This document shows, one piece after another, positions 1 through 9,743 of a stretch of 64,000 nt of DNA (position 1 is the first letter of the stretch; every line of letters begins with the position of its first letter). The position numbers were made by a program, and so were the translations under genes. The notes below the pieces were generated by a model that worked only from the letters and a program-made list of their open reading frames with translations, did no database searches and was not told where the DNA came from. The DNA is from an uncultured virus (IMG/VR IMGVR_UViG_3300022927_000007). Its lineage: Duplodnaviria; Heunggongvirae; Uroviricota; Caudoviricetes. The stretch lies in IMG/VR virus record IMGVR_UViG_3300022927_000007. One strand, 5' to 3'.

Positions 1-75
1 ATTGCAACGTCGGCCTAAATCCCAAGTAATTTGGAAAATATTTCCTGATAATAAATCTATAGTGTCAAAACTCAT
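1..75 (-). CDS. Radical SAM protein, N-terminal fragment (runs off the window edge)
   Basis: Not in the ORF track. ATG at 75 overlaps the upstream TGA (ATGA). Translates MSFDTIDLLSGNIFQITWDLGRRCN, the beta-strand plus 'CN' lead-in typical of a CxxxCxxC motif. Confidence 0.6.
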   Translation of the reverse strand, partial: MSFDTIDLLSGNIFQITWDLGRRCN

Positions 76-710
76 ACTAATTCTTTCTCAGTTAATTTTT
101 TAAAAAGCCATTGTGCTTCCCATTTATTACCATCATCTCCAAAATGTCTTCCATCGTCTTTGATATATTTTTGATATTTTTCTTTTCCTAAAATTTTTCT
201 AATGCAAGGAACCTTGGTTCCTTCATGATGTGAGTATACAAAATCAAAATTATTTTCTGCATAACCTAAGCTAACAGTATATTCAAAGTCTAATTGCTTC
301 CATTCTAAGTTAAGAAAATAATAATTTGCTAATTGGTCAGGAGTTTCTTGGCGAAGATTATGTACCTTAAACTTTTTTCTAGGCACGTGTTGGTAATGAT
401 AATTTGATGTTATTTCTTTAGGAGATTCAAAATAATGATCTTCTAGTACTTTCCACGATGTTAATCTGCCCGGAGTAGTACACTTTAAAATATACACATC
501 ATCTAAAGTATTGTAAAATTGTTTAACTTTTGATGAAAGATATAGATGATAATTTATACTTGTACCAGATACACCCCAATTATAAATTTTTAAATTAGGT
601 GCAAGTAACGACAGATATTCAGGAAAATTAGATCTGCCAGTCAAACATTCAGTTTCTCTAATTTGTCCTTCAACAAAACTGCAACCAAAAATGTGTATAC
701 GTTTAGACAT
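72..710 (-). CDS. SGNH/GDSL-hydrolase-like protein (esterase or acyltransferase)
   Basis: Block I FGCSF, block II NWGVSG, C-terminal DxxH (DGRHFG). Confidence 0.6.
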   Translation of the reverse strand: MSKRIHIFGCSFVEGQIRETECLTGRSNFPEYLSLLAPNLKIYNWGVSGTSINYHLYLSSKVKQFYNTLDDVYILKCTTPGRLTSWKVLEDHYFESPKEITSNYHYQHVPRKKFKVHNLRQETPDQLANYYFLNLEWKQLDFEYTVSLGYAENNFDFVYSHHEGTKVPCIRKILGKEKYQKYIKDDGRHFGDDGNKWEAQWLFKKLTEKELV

Positions 711-2115
711 CTTTAAATATGTCCTTCATTTCTGGAAAAGTTTCATCGAATGAAATTCCACGCTGTTTATCACACAGTCCTAAGAATTCTTTCATTTCAG
801 GTAGACGTTGACTCCAGTCTTCGCTTTCCATAAATTGTAACATACCGTCAAGACGTTTAATACCATATTCTGCTTCTCGCCACTGGTCATATGTAACTTT
901 ACCTTTATGCCAACTAGGAATACATAATTCCCAATTAGCTTCTAACCACGGATAAAATTCTTCATATTTTTTACGGCACTGTTCTTTAAACCATTTAGGC
1001 AAAGATCTAACGTTAAGATGTGCCGGCCAATATACAAAATGAAAGTTTACTGTACCCGCTCCAAATGGATACATGTTAATCTTTTTAAATCCTTCTTGTA
1101 ATTTCCATTTGATAAAATCAGGAAGATAATAAATGTTTAATGCTTGTACTGCACAAGCAATTGTAACTTCAACATTATCTGTAGTTTCTTTATCTAAAAT
1201 ATGAAACACTTCTTTTGTTCTATCCCATTTACTAGGATAACGAATGTATTCATTCATTTGCTCAATGCTGTCTACGCTGTAATGGAATCTAACAAGTTTA
1301 AAATGACTCCATAATTCAAATAAATCGTCACGCCATTCAACACCATTTGAATTATAACGTAGTTCTAATTCTGGTGCAAGTCCTTGGCGTATTGCTTCCT
1401 CAAGTATTTCGTAGTGTTCTTCGATAATAAGACTTTCGCCGCCGGCAAAATAAATTTGCTTCATGTGTTTCATCTGTTCATAGAACTGTTCCCAAAATAC
1501 AGGATTTTGCTTATGCCAGTTATAACTACTACCATTGGTACTACCTTTGTTATCCCATTGCATAATCTCTTTAAGTGATTCATTTTTAACTTCTGGAAAA
1601 ATTGCTTTGTAATCTTTAATCCAACCCGAACTATCATGCGGACTACACATAACACATGCTAACTGACACTTGGTTCCAAAACGCAAATCAATGTATGCCA
1701 ATTGCGGAGGAACACTACCATCCGGTTGTGTTTCTTGTAAAATTTGATCTAGATCAACACGCTGACTCCAATATGCTGTTTCCCATTGACGCTTACTTCT
1801 ATGTCCATTTTCTTCTTCTCGGAAACATTTCATACAGCTAGGAGGCTTTTCACCTGCAAGCATTTGTTTACGTACATTCTTCATATACGTACTATTCCAT
1901 GCTGTATTAAGGTCAGTAACATTTAAATTATTAGGACGACCTTCTTCATCTTTAAGTATACCTACTTGTCCGCCATATTCTTTATCATTCGTTGGACCAA
2001 CGCTACTTGCATTTGCTGTACAACATACACGCATACTGCCGTCGGGTCTTGTGCTTAGATGCACCCATGGTAATAAACAAAATGTTTCTGATGGATACTT
2101 AGGTTTTTCTGTCAT
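703..2115 (-). CDS. Radical SAM protein with N-terminal SPASM/twitch-like Cys domain
   Basis: CQLACVMC (CxxxCxxC), FAGGE and YNSNG motifs. N-terminal FCLLPW...CC...CMKC cysteines. Confidence 0.85.
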   Translation of the reverse strand: MTEKPKYPSETFCLLPWVHLSTRPDGSMRVCCTANASSVGPTNDKEYGGQVGILKDEEGRPNNLNVTDLNTAWNSTYMKNVRKQMLAGEKPPSCMKCFREEENGHRSKRQWETAYWSQRVDLDQILQETQPDGSVPPQLAYIDLRFGTKCQLACVMCSPHDSSGWIKDYKAIFPEVKNESLKEIMQWDNKGSTNGSSYNWHKQNPVFWEQFYEQMKHMKQIYFAGGESLIIEEHYEILEEAIRQGLAPELELRYNSNGVEWRDDLFELWSHFKLVRFHYSVDSIEQMNEYIRYPSKWDRTKEVFHILDKETTDNVEVTIACAVQALNIYYLPDFIKWKLQEGFKKINMYPFGAGTVNFHFVYWPAHLNVRSLPKWFKEQCRKKYEEFYPWLEANWELCIPSWHKGKVTYDQWREAEYGIKRLDGMLQFMESEDWSQRLPEMKEFLGLCDKQRGISFDETFPEMKDIFKDV

Positions 2116-3113
2116 TTTAATGCCTCAAATCGTTGCGTTGCAACTTTGTTTTGTTTACAGTTTTCTATACACTTTGGAAAAATACCGTTTTTAATTCCTG
2201 TATATAAATTAGTATACCATTCACTATCAAAAATATCCTGTATACTATTATGTCCATTTAGTCTATGATGTTCAGTTCCGTGATCTTTACTGTAATGTTG
2301 CCATAGACCTCTAAATCCACTCTTAGTTCCCCACCAGCAACACGGAACAACATATCCATGATGTGTAACATATAGTCCTTGATCTTCTATTTTAGAACTA
2401 ATACATCTTGGAATAACTGTTGGAACTTCTTGTTTTTTCTCAACTTTAGGGTCACTTTTATGCTGAGAGTTTTTACCTAAGTCTGCTCTTGGGCTTCCGA
2501 TAAATTTTACTCTACTAAATCCTTCTTTGGCTGCAATATCTTCTATAAGATGAGCTTGATGTTCGTTATGCGAAAAATATATGAATTGCCATACAGCGTC
2601 GCCGCCGGCAGCAATATAATTTCTAAAATTTCTTTGTACTTTTTGCCAATCAACATTTACTCTATAAATATGGTTAGTATCTTCTAATCCATCTAATCCC
2701 CAATTTACTCTAACACGACCATTTGACTCTTTTGAAATTTCTCCCAACGTTGTCCAAAACTCATCATTACGTGTTCCGCCGTTAGTAGCAATAGAAATCT
2801 TAGGTTTGCTAGTAAACAATTCATCATTAGATAAAATCCATTTAACAATTTCAATTAAATCAGGATTAGTAGTTGCTTCGTCGTAGTTACCACACATATG
2901 GATTAGGCGCAAATCAGTCCATTTATCTTTAGATACCCAACTTTTAAATTGTTCTAAACTTACATACATACTATTCACATCAAAGTGATAATCCATATCA
3001 ATAAGTTTATCATTAATAAATGCACGAGCACAGGCAGGACATGCCGCGTTGCAATAATTTGACATTTCAATTTGCAGTTTAGTTTGTCTTTCTACTGGTA
3101 CTTGCCAACTCAT
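2112..3113 (-). CDS. Radical SAM protein with C-terminal SPASM/twitch-like Cys domain
   Basis: CNAACPAC, TNGG, LDGLEDTNHIYRVN. C-terminal C...PCCW...CIENC. Confidence 0.85.
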   Translation of the reverse strand: MSWQVPVERQTKLQIEMSNYCNAACPACARAFINDKLIDMDYHFDVNSMYVSLEQFKSWVSKDKWTDLRLIHMCGNYDEATTNPDLIEIVKWILSNDELFTSKPKISIATNGGTRNDEFWTTLGEISKESNGRVRVNWGLDGLEDTNHIYRVNVDWQKVQRNFRNYIAAGGDAVWQFIYFSHNEHQAHLIEDIAAKEGFSRVKFIGSPRADLGKNSQHKSDPKVEKKQEVPTVIPRCISSKIEDQGLYVTHHGYVVPCCWWGTKSGFRGLWQHYSKDHGTEHHRLNGHNSIQDIFDSEWYTNLYTGIKNGIFPKCIENCKQNKVATQRFEALK

Positions 3114-4177
3114 TCTTGTTCCACCATAACATTTTGATAGGCTTTATTAAAGCCACAACTAGCAACACACCGTTTCATATGTTTATTGTGTGACGGATTC
3201 CAGCTTTCTTCTAAAACCTTAGTATACCAAGGATGTTTCATAACTTCTTCAATGCTATGTTTTTTTAAACTATTCCATCCTGTAGAATATTCAGATAATT
3301 TTTCTAAAATGTTTTCTTTGTTCTTAAACGCACTATCCCACAAAAAACAACAAGGCCACATCTCTTGGTTTGCATTAATAAAAATTTCGCCTTCATGAAC
3401 ATACTTACAAACAATAGATTTTACAACTTCTTCATCTACTTGATTAGTTTGAATTTTATTCATCAACTCTAATACTTCGTCTTTACGTGCATGTTCTTTG
3501 CTACCAGTAGTAGTAATAGTTTTTACTTCTTTAGTAACGTTTCCGCGGCCTTCTTTTTTTGCAATTTGGGCAGTCCATTGATTTAAGCTATTACGCATGC
3601 CTGTTCTAATTACAAATTTTAGTCCCAAACTTTTAGCATGTGCTTTAGCAACTTCAATTTCGTGTTCGTTATGATCAAATACAATAAAAACCCACTTAGA
3701 TCTTGTATCATCACCTTTATAAGAATTTTCTGCGAACGCTTCGATATTACGTTTTACTATATCAAACTTTGTGTTTACACGATAAATGTGATTAGTTTCT
3801 CGATGTCCGTCAATACAGAACATCATAATTAAGTCTCTTCCGTATTGTTTGCTTAGTTCACCTAGTCTATACCAACTTGCTTTAGGTGCAACGCCGCCAT
3901 TAGTACTAATTGTAACATATGCGCCGCCTTCTAATAAGTATTCTACAATTTCAACAAACTGTGGGTGAATTGCAGGATCTCCTAGTACGCCGCATAGCCT
4001 AATATCTTTATCTTTTAAATGTGCCTCGTCTGGTAATATTCTTTTTAAGTCATCAAGTGAAAAACTTGTTACTTCTAAGATGTCTCGGTTAAGTGTTCTT
4101 GCACAACCTGGGCATGCGGCATTACAATCACTTGTAATTTCCAGTTCGATTTTGTGTATGTCATTTATGTTTATCAT
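3110..4177 (-). CDS. Radical SAM protein with C-terminal SPASM/twitch-like Cys domain
   Basis: CNAACPGC, CGVLGDP, STNGG, IDGHRETNHIYRVN, PCCF...CVASC. Confidence 0.85.
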   Translation of the reverse strand: MININDIHKIELEITSDCNAACPGCARTLNRDILEVTSFSLDDLKRILPDEAHLKDKDIRLCGVLGDPAIHPQFVEIVEYLLEGGAYVTISTNGGVAPKASWYRLGELSKQYGRDLIMMFCIDGHRETNHIYRVNTKFDIVKRNIEAFAENSYKGDDTRSKWVFIVFDHNEHEIEVAKAHAKSLGLKFVIRTGMRNSLNQWTAQIAKKEGRGNVTKEVKTITTTGSKEHARKDEVLELMNKIQTNQVDEEVVKSIVCKYVHEGEIFINANQEMWPCCFLWDSAFKNKENILEKLSEYSTGWNSLKKHSIEEVMKHPWYTKVLEESWNPSHNKHMKRCVASCGFNKAYQNVMVEQE

Positions 4178-4188
4178 TATATATGTAC

Positions 4189-5256
4189 TTATTTAAACTG
4201 TTCAGTGAAAGGATCAAACTCGGCGCCGCACTTTGTAGCACATACTTTTAGTTTGCCGGCATCACAACTAGGTTTATTCCAACTATCTTGTATTTCATCA
4301 AATATACCTGTAGCAAAAACTTTATCAAGACCATTACGTGCGTCTAGTGCATTTTTATCAGGAATAAAATCCCATATCTGTTCTACTTTAGGATCTTTGT
4401 GCCACCATTTATACATACGACCAGCAGTCCAGCAACAAGGCAATGCTAGTCCTTCTGCTGTAATAAAGAGGCTACCTTCTTTTTTAACTTTACATACGAT
4501 AGGAGCCGCGTTAAAATAAGCATCCATACTGCCATATTTCTTGATAATGGCTTCTTGTTTTGTAAGAGCTTTGTTTTGGTATTGTGCGTCCGGCTTTTTG
4601 AGCTCTGCTGTATCTTTGCCTTTACGGTCTTTGGCCTGATGCTTTTCTTTTTTGTTTGTCTTTGCATCTACAAATCTTCCTGTTTTCTTTTTTATAAACT
4701 TCTCACATCCCCATGCATTAGCTAACTGTTCAGCTTCTTCGACTTGATGCTGATTGTGTTCAAATATAAGAAAGTCCCAACGTGCTCTACCGCCAGCATC
4801 GATAAACGCTCGCATGTTGCGTTCTACGTTGTCCCAATTTACCCCTTGTCTGTAAATATGATTCGTATCGCGAAGACCATCGACACTAAAAATAACAGCC
4901 CCCATTCTTCCAAAGACATAGGCCAATTCATTCCACCATTCAACATTTTTTGCTCCTGCATTTGTATTCATGCTTAACCACATCGTTGGGTTATGTTCAC
5001 GAAAGTATTTGAATATTTCTAATGTGTCACGAGCAACAATAGGATCACCTAAGTTACCACACATATACATAGTATTAAGCTGTGCAATAAACTCTGGGGA
5101 GAATATTTTTTTACAATCTTCTAATGTAAGTTCATCTAGATTAATATGAGGATTAATTCCTTCGCCATTCATATTACGGTCACACATAGGACAACTGGCT
5201 TGACAGTTTTGTGTAACTTCTAAATGAATTGATCGTATGTCGCTATAATTATACAT
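4189..5256 (-). CDS. Radical SAM protein with C-terminal SPASM/twitch-like Cys domain
   Basis: CQASCPMC, CGNLGDP, VDGLRDTNHIYRQG, PCCW...CATKC. Confidence 0.85.
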   Translation of the reverse strand: MYNYSDIRSIHLEVTQNCQASCPMCDRNMNGEGINPHINLDELTLEDCKKIFSPEFIAQLNTMYMCGNLGDPIVARDTLEIFKYFREHNPTMWLSMNTNAGAKNVEWWNELAYVFGRMGAVIFSVDGLRDTNHIYRQGVNWDNVERNMRAFIDAGGRARWDFLIFEHNQHQVEEAEQLANAWGCEKFIKKKTGRFVDAKTNKKEKHQAKDRKGKDTAELKKPDAQYQNKALTKQEAIIKKYGSMDAYFNAAPIVCKVKKEGSLFITAEGLALPCCWTAGRMYKWWHKDPKVEQIWDFIPDKNALDARNGLDKVFATGIFDEIQDSWNKPSCDAGKLKVCATKCGAEFDPFTEQFK

Positions 5257-5473
5257 CTATTACCAACTTTATATCTTTACCCGGTCCAACTTTACTAGGC
5301 AAGTCACCGTATTGATCTACATACCACTTAATAACTGCACGATACCAGTTTTGACTATCGTGGTGTGCTTGTTTATTAAACTGCCAAATATTGTTGTTAG
5401 TTGCTTGCATTGTACTTAATGCTCTAGCACTTTCAGTTTGCAGTTGTCTAAGTGATAAATTACTTGTATCCAA
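5249..5473 (-). CDS. Small hypothetical protein (~74 aa)
   Basis: Fills the gap between flanking genes and overlaps both. TTG at 5473 preferred to the track start at 5500 because it reduces the overlap. Confidence 0.55.
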   Translation of the reverse strand: MDTSNLSLRQLQTESARALSTMQATNNNIWQFNKQAHHDSQNWYRAVIKWYVDQYGDLPSKVGPGKDIKLVIDV

Positions 5474-6296
5474 TGCGCATATACCTCGTATATTTTTCAA
5501 GATCTAATTCTCCTTCATACAATAATGTTGTCATAGGAGCCATTCTAGCAAAATCGTGCATGCTAGTAGTACAGTTAACGTGTTCTTCAACTTCATAGAA
5601 ATCGTTACTTTGTAATACAACTAATCTTCCTGCTGGAATTAAATCATACCACTCACTAAAATTTTTAATGTGTTCACAACTTGTATTAATAATAGTATTA
5701 GGAATATCTCCTAAATCAACGGTTGTTCCATTAGCACGTAATACTGTGTATATTGCATTTTCGTAATTTATCTCTTTAATATCTTTAGTACATGATTTAA
5801 ATTTCCAGCCGTCTAGCACCCAGTTTTTATTAAATGCTTCTGCTACTTCTCTGCAAGTATCATCGATGTCAAAACTTCTAAATTTTTCAATTTTTAAATT
5901 GTTTTCAAACATCATAGTAGCAAGTGTAGCATACCAACCAGCACATAAAAATACAACACCTAGATCAAGATTTAATTTTTTTAGTTCTGATACTAGCCAC
6001 TGTTTACTTTTTATCTGACCTCGACTAATACAGTCTGGATCAAAGTTTTCGTTTTTTTGTAATTTACGGATCCCTTCAATAAAAGGTGTATCTTTCATCT
6101 GTTTAATTGCACGAAATAAACTCCATACGTTATCCTGTAACAATGCTTTACGTAAATCATCTTTATTGTCATCTGTAACAATTCTAAAAATACTATTAAG
6201 ATCTTTGTCAATATATGCTCTACGTAGATCTGATAGTTTGCTACTAGTGGGATATAATAGTTCTAATCTATCTAAAATTTCATGAGTTTGCATCAA
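5460..6296 (-). CDS. Class I SAM-dependent methyltransferase-like protein
   Basis: Degenerate motif I (VFLCAGWYA), acidic motif II (RSFDID), then IINTSCEH; Rossmann-like pattern. Confidence 0.6.
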   Translation of the reverse strand: MMQTHEILDRLELLYPTSSKLSDLRRAYIDKDLNSIFRIVTDDNKDDLRKALLQDNVWSLFRAIKQMKDTPFIEGIRKLQKNENFDPDCISRGQIKSKQWLVSELKKLNLDLGVVFLCAGWYATLATMMFENNLKIEKFRSFDIDDTCREVAEAFNKNWVLDGWKFKSCTKDIKEINYENAIYTVLRANGTTVDLGDIPNTIINTSCEHIKNFSEWYDLIPAGRLVVLQSNDFYEVEEHVNCTTSMHDFARMAPMTTLLYEGELDLEKYTRYMRIGYK

Positions 6297-6978
6297 ATTG
6301 CTCCTTTAACCAATCAAAGTCGTTTATTAATTTAATATCATTGCTGTTAGAAAGGCCAAACTGCATACCAGCCCTAGCACCTCCCAACGCATACTCACCA
6401 AACTCTCTATCGTGTCCCAAGGTTGTCCAAGTTTTGAGTCTTTCATTTGTTTCATCCTCATGTTGTCTATCAATTGTTTTACTTGCTAATTTAGCACATT
6501 CTCTAAAAGCACTTTTCCATGTGTTAAACGGATCTGTATTAAATGCTGTAATATTAGATATCTCATTAATTACTTTAAATTTATCACTAATACTAGTTGT
6601 CATATCTGTTGTACTTGTATCCATTTGCTTAGTTAATTCAGTTGGAAATAACTTTACGCCGCCATACCCATAAATTAAATTATTAATAGGATTCATGCTT
6701 CTATAAACATGCACTGTATCAGATTCGGTTGTATAGTAATTAAAATCAAATTCATCAACAATTACTGCGTCGCCGTCTACAACAAAAAAGTAATTAGTAG
6801 TTGATAACTTAGCCGCTTCAATATGAGCATTGTGGATCCCTTTTACATTACTAACTCGCTTTACTCTGTCATCACCAAAGATTCCAACTGTATTAAATCT
6901 ACTATATAAATCGTCAAAATTTTGTTCTGCATTTGGTTCATGATAACTTATAAACACTATGTCGTACATTGTTTGCAC
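6280..6978 (-). CDS. GT-A fold glycosyltransferase-like protein
   Basis: IVFISYHE...KGIHNAH...FFVVDGD (DxD after a hydrophobic strand). Paralogue of 8305..9225. Confidence 0.65.
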   Translation of the reverse strand: MQTMYDIVFISYHEPNAEQNFDDLYSRFNTVGIFGDDRVKRVSNVKGIHNAHIEAAKLSTTNYFFVVDGDAVIVDEFDFNYYTTESDTVHVYRSMNPINNLIYGYGGVKLFPTELTKQMDTSTTDMTTSISDKFKVINEISNITAFNTDPFNTWKSAFRECAKLASKTIDRQHEDETNERLKTWTTLGHDREFGEYALGGARAGMQFGLSNSNDIKLINDFDWLKEQFDANS

Positions 6979-8303
6979 TCCTTGTAAAAATTCTTTAATT
7001 CAGGAAATACAGTTAAGAAATCGGTGCCTCGGCGTTTGTCAAACTGAGTAATAAATTCATAAAACATAAATCTACGTTCTTTAGCAAGACTGCCAAACTC
7101 TTCTGGATTTTTAAATCGTTTATCTAAATCTTGCACAATTCTTTTTAAATCATTTGTTTCATGCTCGTCAAAATTTTCTTCCATAAACTTTATACAAGGA
7201 ATTAAATATGTTTCAATCATGTCTTCAGTTGCAATCATTGCATCAAGAAATCCAGGATTTCTTACATATGGAATTGCAATTCTCACTCTGTTTTTAAAAC
7301 TATTACGTAGTCTTAACACAATTCCAAGAAACGGTCTAAATGTAGGAAAACTTAAAATATTAAATGCTGACATAAAACTTAGTTTTCCGTTAGTATTTTT
7401 TAGATACAATAATACATTATCATAGAATTGTTGCCAATTCATTCCTGTTCTACTATACTCTGCTTGCGCTCCTTTACTTTCAGCACTTACATGTAAGGTA
7501 AATCCTTTAATACAATTATTATTTTCAAGATGCTGTATTTTTTTAATAAACTTATTCCATAGCTTTCCTGGGGGACATGCATTTGTATTAATAGAAAATT
7601 CTAACTGAGGTTGAGGATTATCTATTAAATGTTGCAATACTTTATCAGTATGTTTACTTAAAAGAGGTTCACCTCCTGTAATACGAAAAGTGTGCATATG
7701 TTTAACTGCTTCAGGAAACCATTTCCAAAATGCGTTAATATACGGGTTATCTTCTCTTTCAGGAATTTGCTTTTGATATTCATCTAGTTGATTGTAAAAC
7801 CAATTGATCGTACTAAACTTATAATGACCGTGTTCTTTAATTTCTTCAGTCCATTTACTACTAAATGCTGGTCCACAATAACTACACTTAAAATTGCATA
7901 CATTAGAAAAACTTACTTCAACATATCTAGGATAAAAATCATCATATGCGTTAGAATTTACAATTTTGTGATAATCTGGCCAACTCCAATAATTTCTACT
8001 TTTCCATATTCTATCACTATAATGATCCGTGTTATCTTCAATGCGCCAACAGTAATCACATTCACTAGGTCTTTCACCGCTTTTCATCTGTTGGCGTGTA
8101 TTCTTTTTAAACATTGTATTATGTAGTAATTGCGGATTTTCTTCAACTTCGTTAATTGGAATTGTATGTGCCTTTACATGATGACAACTATGATTTAATC
8201 CTGATCCTAAGTGTATAGTAACCTGTGTCCATTTAGCCAAACAGAATCCGCATCCTACTTGATTTAACTTTTCTTTAACTTTTTTAGGATCTGTTAATTC
8301 CAT
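6957..8303 (-). CDS. Radical SAM protein with N-terminal Cys/His (twitch-like) domain
   Basis: CNFKCSYC, ITGGEP, NTNA. N-terminal FCLAKW...SCHH...CDYC. Confidence 0.85.
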   Translation of the reverse strand: MELTDPKKVKEKLNQVGCGFCLAKWTQVTIHLGSGLNHSCHHVKAHTIPINEVEENPQLLHNTMFKKNTRQQMKSGERPSECDYCWRIEDNTDHYSDRIWKSRNYWSWPDYHKIVNSNAYDDFYPRYVEVSFSNVCNFKCSYCGPAFSSKWTEEIKEHGHYKFSTINWFYNQLDEYQKQIPEREDNPYINAFWKWFPEAVKHMHTFRITGGEPLLSKHTDKVLQHLIDNPQPQLEFSINTNACPPGKLWNKFIKKIQHLENNNCIKGFTLHVSAESKGAQAEYSRTGMNWQQFYDNVLLYLKNTNGKLSFMSAFNILSFPTFRPFLGIVLRLRNSFKNRVRIAIPYVRNPGFLDAMIATEDMIETYLIPCIKFMEENFDEHETNDLKRIVQDLDKRFKNPEEFGSLAKERRFMFYEFITQFDKRRGTDFLTVFPELKNFYKECKQCTT

Positions 8304-8304
8304 T

Positions 8305-9225
8305 TTATTCCTTGTCTATAATAAACTGCTGGGCACTATTTCTACTAGGATTTTGATAAACTGTTTTAAAAAAAGCACTTTGTTCTTCAGTAAATGGCTG
8401 AATAGCAATTGGACATTCTAGTTCATTTACTAGGCGTGCGCCATGTATAAAAATTTCGTCATGTAATACTTCTAGTGGCAACGCATCTCGGCCGGCCCAT
8501 AGATCGTTTAAATATTTAAAATCTCTTACATTTACATAATCCCAATCATCTAACATTGTAGCAACTAGACCTTCACGTGCTCCATAAATTGCCCAGTTTC
8601 CATTTGGAGTATCAGAACCAACCATTAACCAAATCCACAGTCTGTGTAAATTTTTCCAATGGCCAGAAAGGAAATTTTCTTTAGTAGGTTTAACACCTCG
8701 GTCTAATGCCATCTTTACACCTTCACGAAATCCAGCTCGCCATGCTTGATGTGGCGTGGCGTTATTATACACATCACTATAGCAACTGTTCTGTTGAATG
8801 TATTGCAAGTCCCAACAAAAATCTACTTGGGCAGACTTATTATCTGGATCGGCGTTTTCGTGTGTACGCATATTAAGCACATACTCTTTAGGCCAACATT
8901 TTAAACCGCCGTTGCCGTACATAAGTCCATTAATAGCATTTTTACCACACCAGCTAATAACACTATTTTCTAAATCTGTATGTTCGTCAAAGTCTAATAC
9001 TTGATTAATAAAATCTGGACGAATTTTATTATCGCCATCAACTGTAATAAATCGATCCGTTTCACTTAATTCAGCACATGCTTTATGTGCGGCATCACTA
9101 CCTTCTACGCCATGCACACGTTTAGCCCAAGGTGCCTTAGTAAGCAAGTCAGCATAATTTTCTTCTGCATTAGGTTCATCATAACTCAAATATATAATAT
9201 CTTGTTCTGCAATCTTTAACTTCAT
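8305..9225 (-). CDS. GT-A fold glycosyltransferase-like protein
   Basis: IIYLSYDEPNAE...GVEGSDAAH...FITVDGD. Shares YGxGGxK and WxxxFRE motifs with 6280..6978. Confidence 0.65.
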   Translation of the reverse strand: MKLKIAEQDIIYLSYDEPNAEENYADLLTKAPWAKRVHGVEGSDAAHKACAELSETDRFITVDGDNKIRPDFINQVLDFDEHTDLENSVISWCGKNAINGLMYGNGGLKCWPKEYVLNMRTHENADPDNKSAQVDFCWDLQYIQQNSCYSDVYNNATPHQAWRAGFREGVKMALDRGVKPTKENFLSGHWKNLHRLWIWLMVGSDTPNGNWAIYGAREGLVATMLDDWDYVNVRDFKYLNDLWAGRDALPLEVLHDEIFIHGARLVNELECPIAIQPFTEEQSAFFKTVYQNPSRNSAQQFIIDKE

Positions 9226-9743
9226 TTCTTTTCCTCATACACGCATCTAGTTATTTTGCTATTTGAATAAATGCTGTATTCATCTGGTACGTTTAAATCT
9301 ACATGTTGTGTGTCACTTAAATTGAACTTAACTGACTTATACAAAAAATGCGGATCTTCTTTTTTTGTTACACTAAACAGTATTTCTTCTTCTAACTTAG
9401 AGTCTACAAGACTCTGATTTGTACTAATATAACATAAATTATGTTGCTTGTCAACTGTAAATATTAGATCATGCAAACTATCATCAGATATATGCAATAC
9501 TTTATTGAAAACAAATTTATCATTTATAGATATGTTCTTTTTTAACTTATAAGTTTTAGTTATAATGTCAAACAGAACTCTGTAATCTTCCATTTTATCT
9601 TCATAGGACTGTATTGGTGCTATTTCTCTTTCGGTAACTTCAATATATTCGTAGCCATCTTCAATGGAAGCCCCTACACTAAACAGTTCGCCTGTTTCTT
9701 TAACAAAACATGCATACTGTTTTCCATTCCAATTAGCATACAT
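9222..9743 (-). CDS. Hypothetical protein
   Basis: Start reassigned to ATG 9743 (MYANW), which has a GGAG Shine-Dalgarno and overlaps the upstream gene. Confidence 0.6.
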   Translation of the reverse strand: MYANWNGKQYACFVKETGELFSVGASIEDGYEYIEVTEREIAPIQSYEDKMEDYRVLFDIITKTYKLKKNISINDKFVFNKVLHISDDSLHDLIFTVDKQHNLCYISTNQSLVDSKLEEEILFSVTKKEDPHFLYKSVKFNLSDTQHVDLNVPDEYSIYSNSKITRCVYEEKK

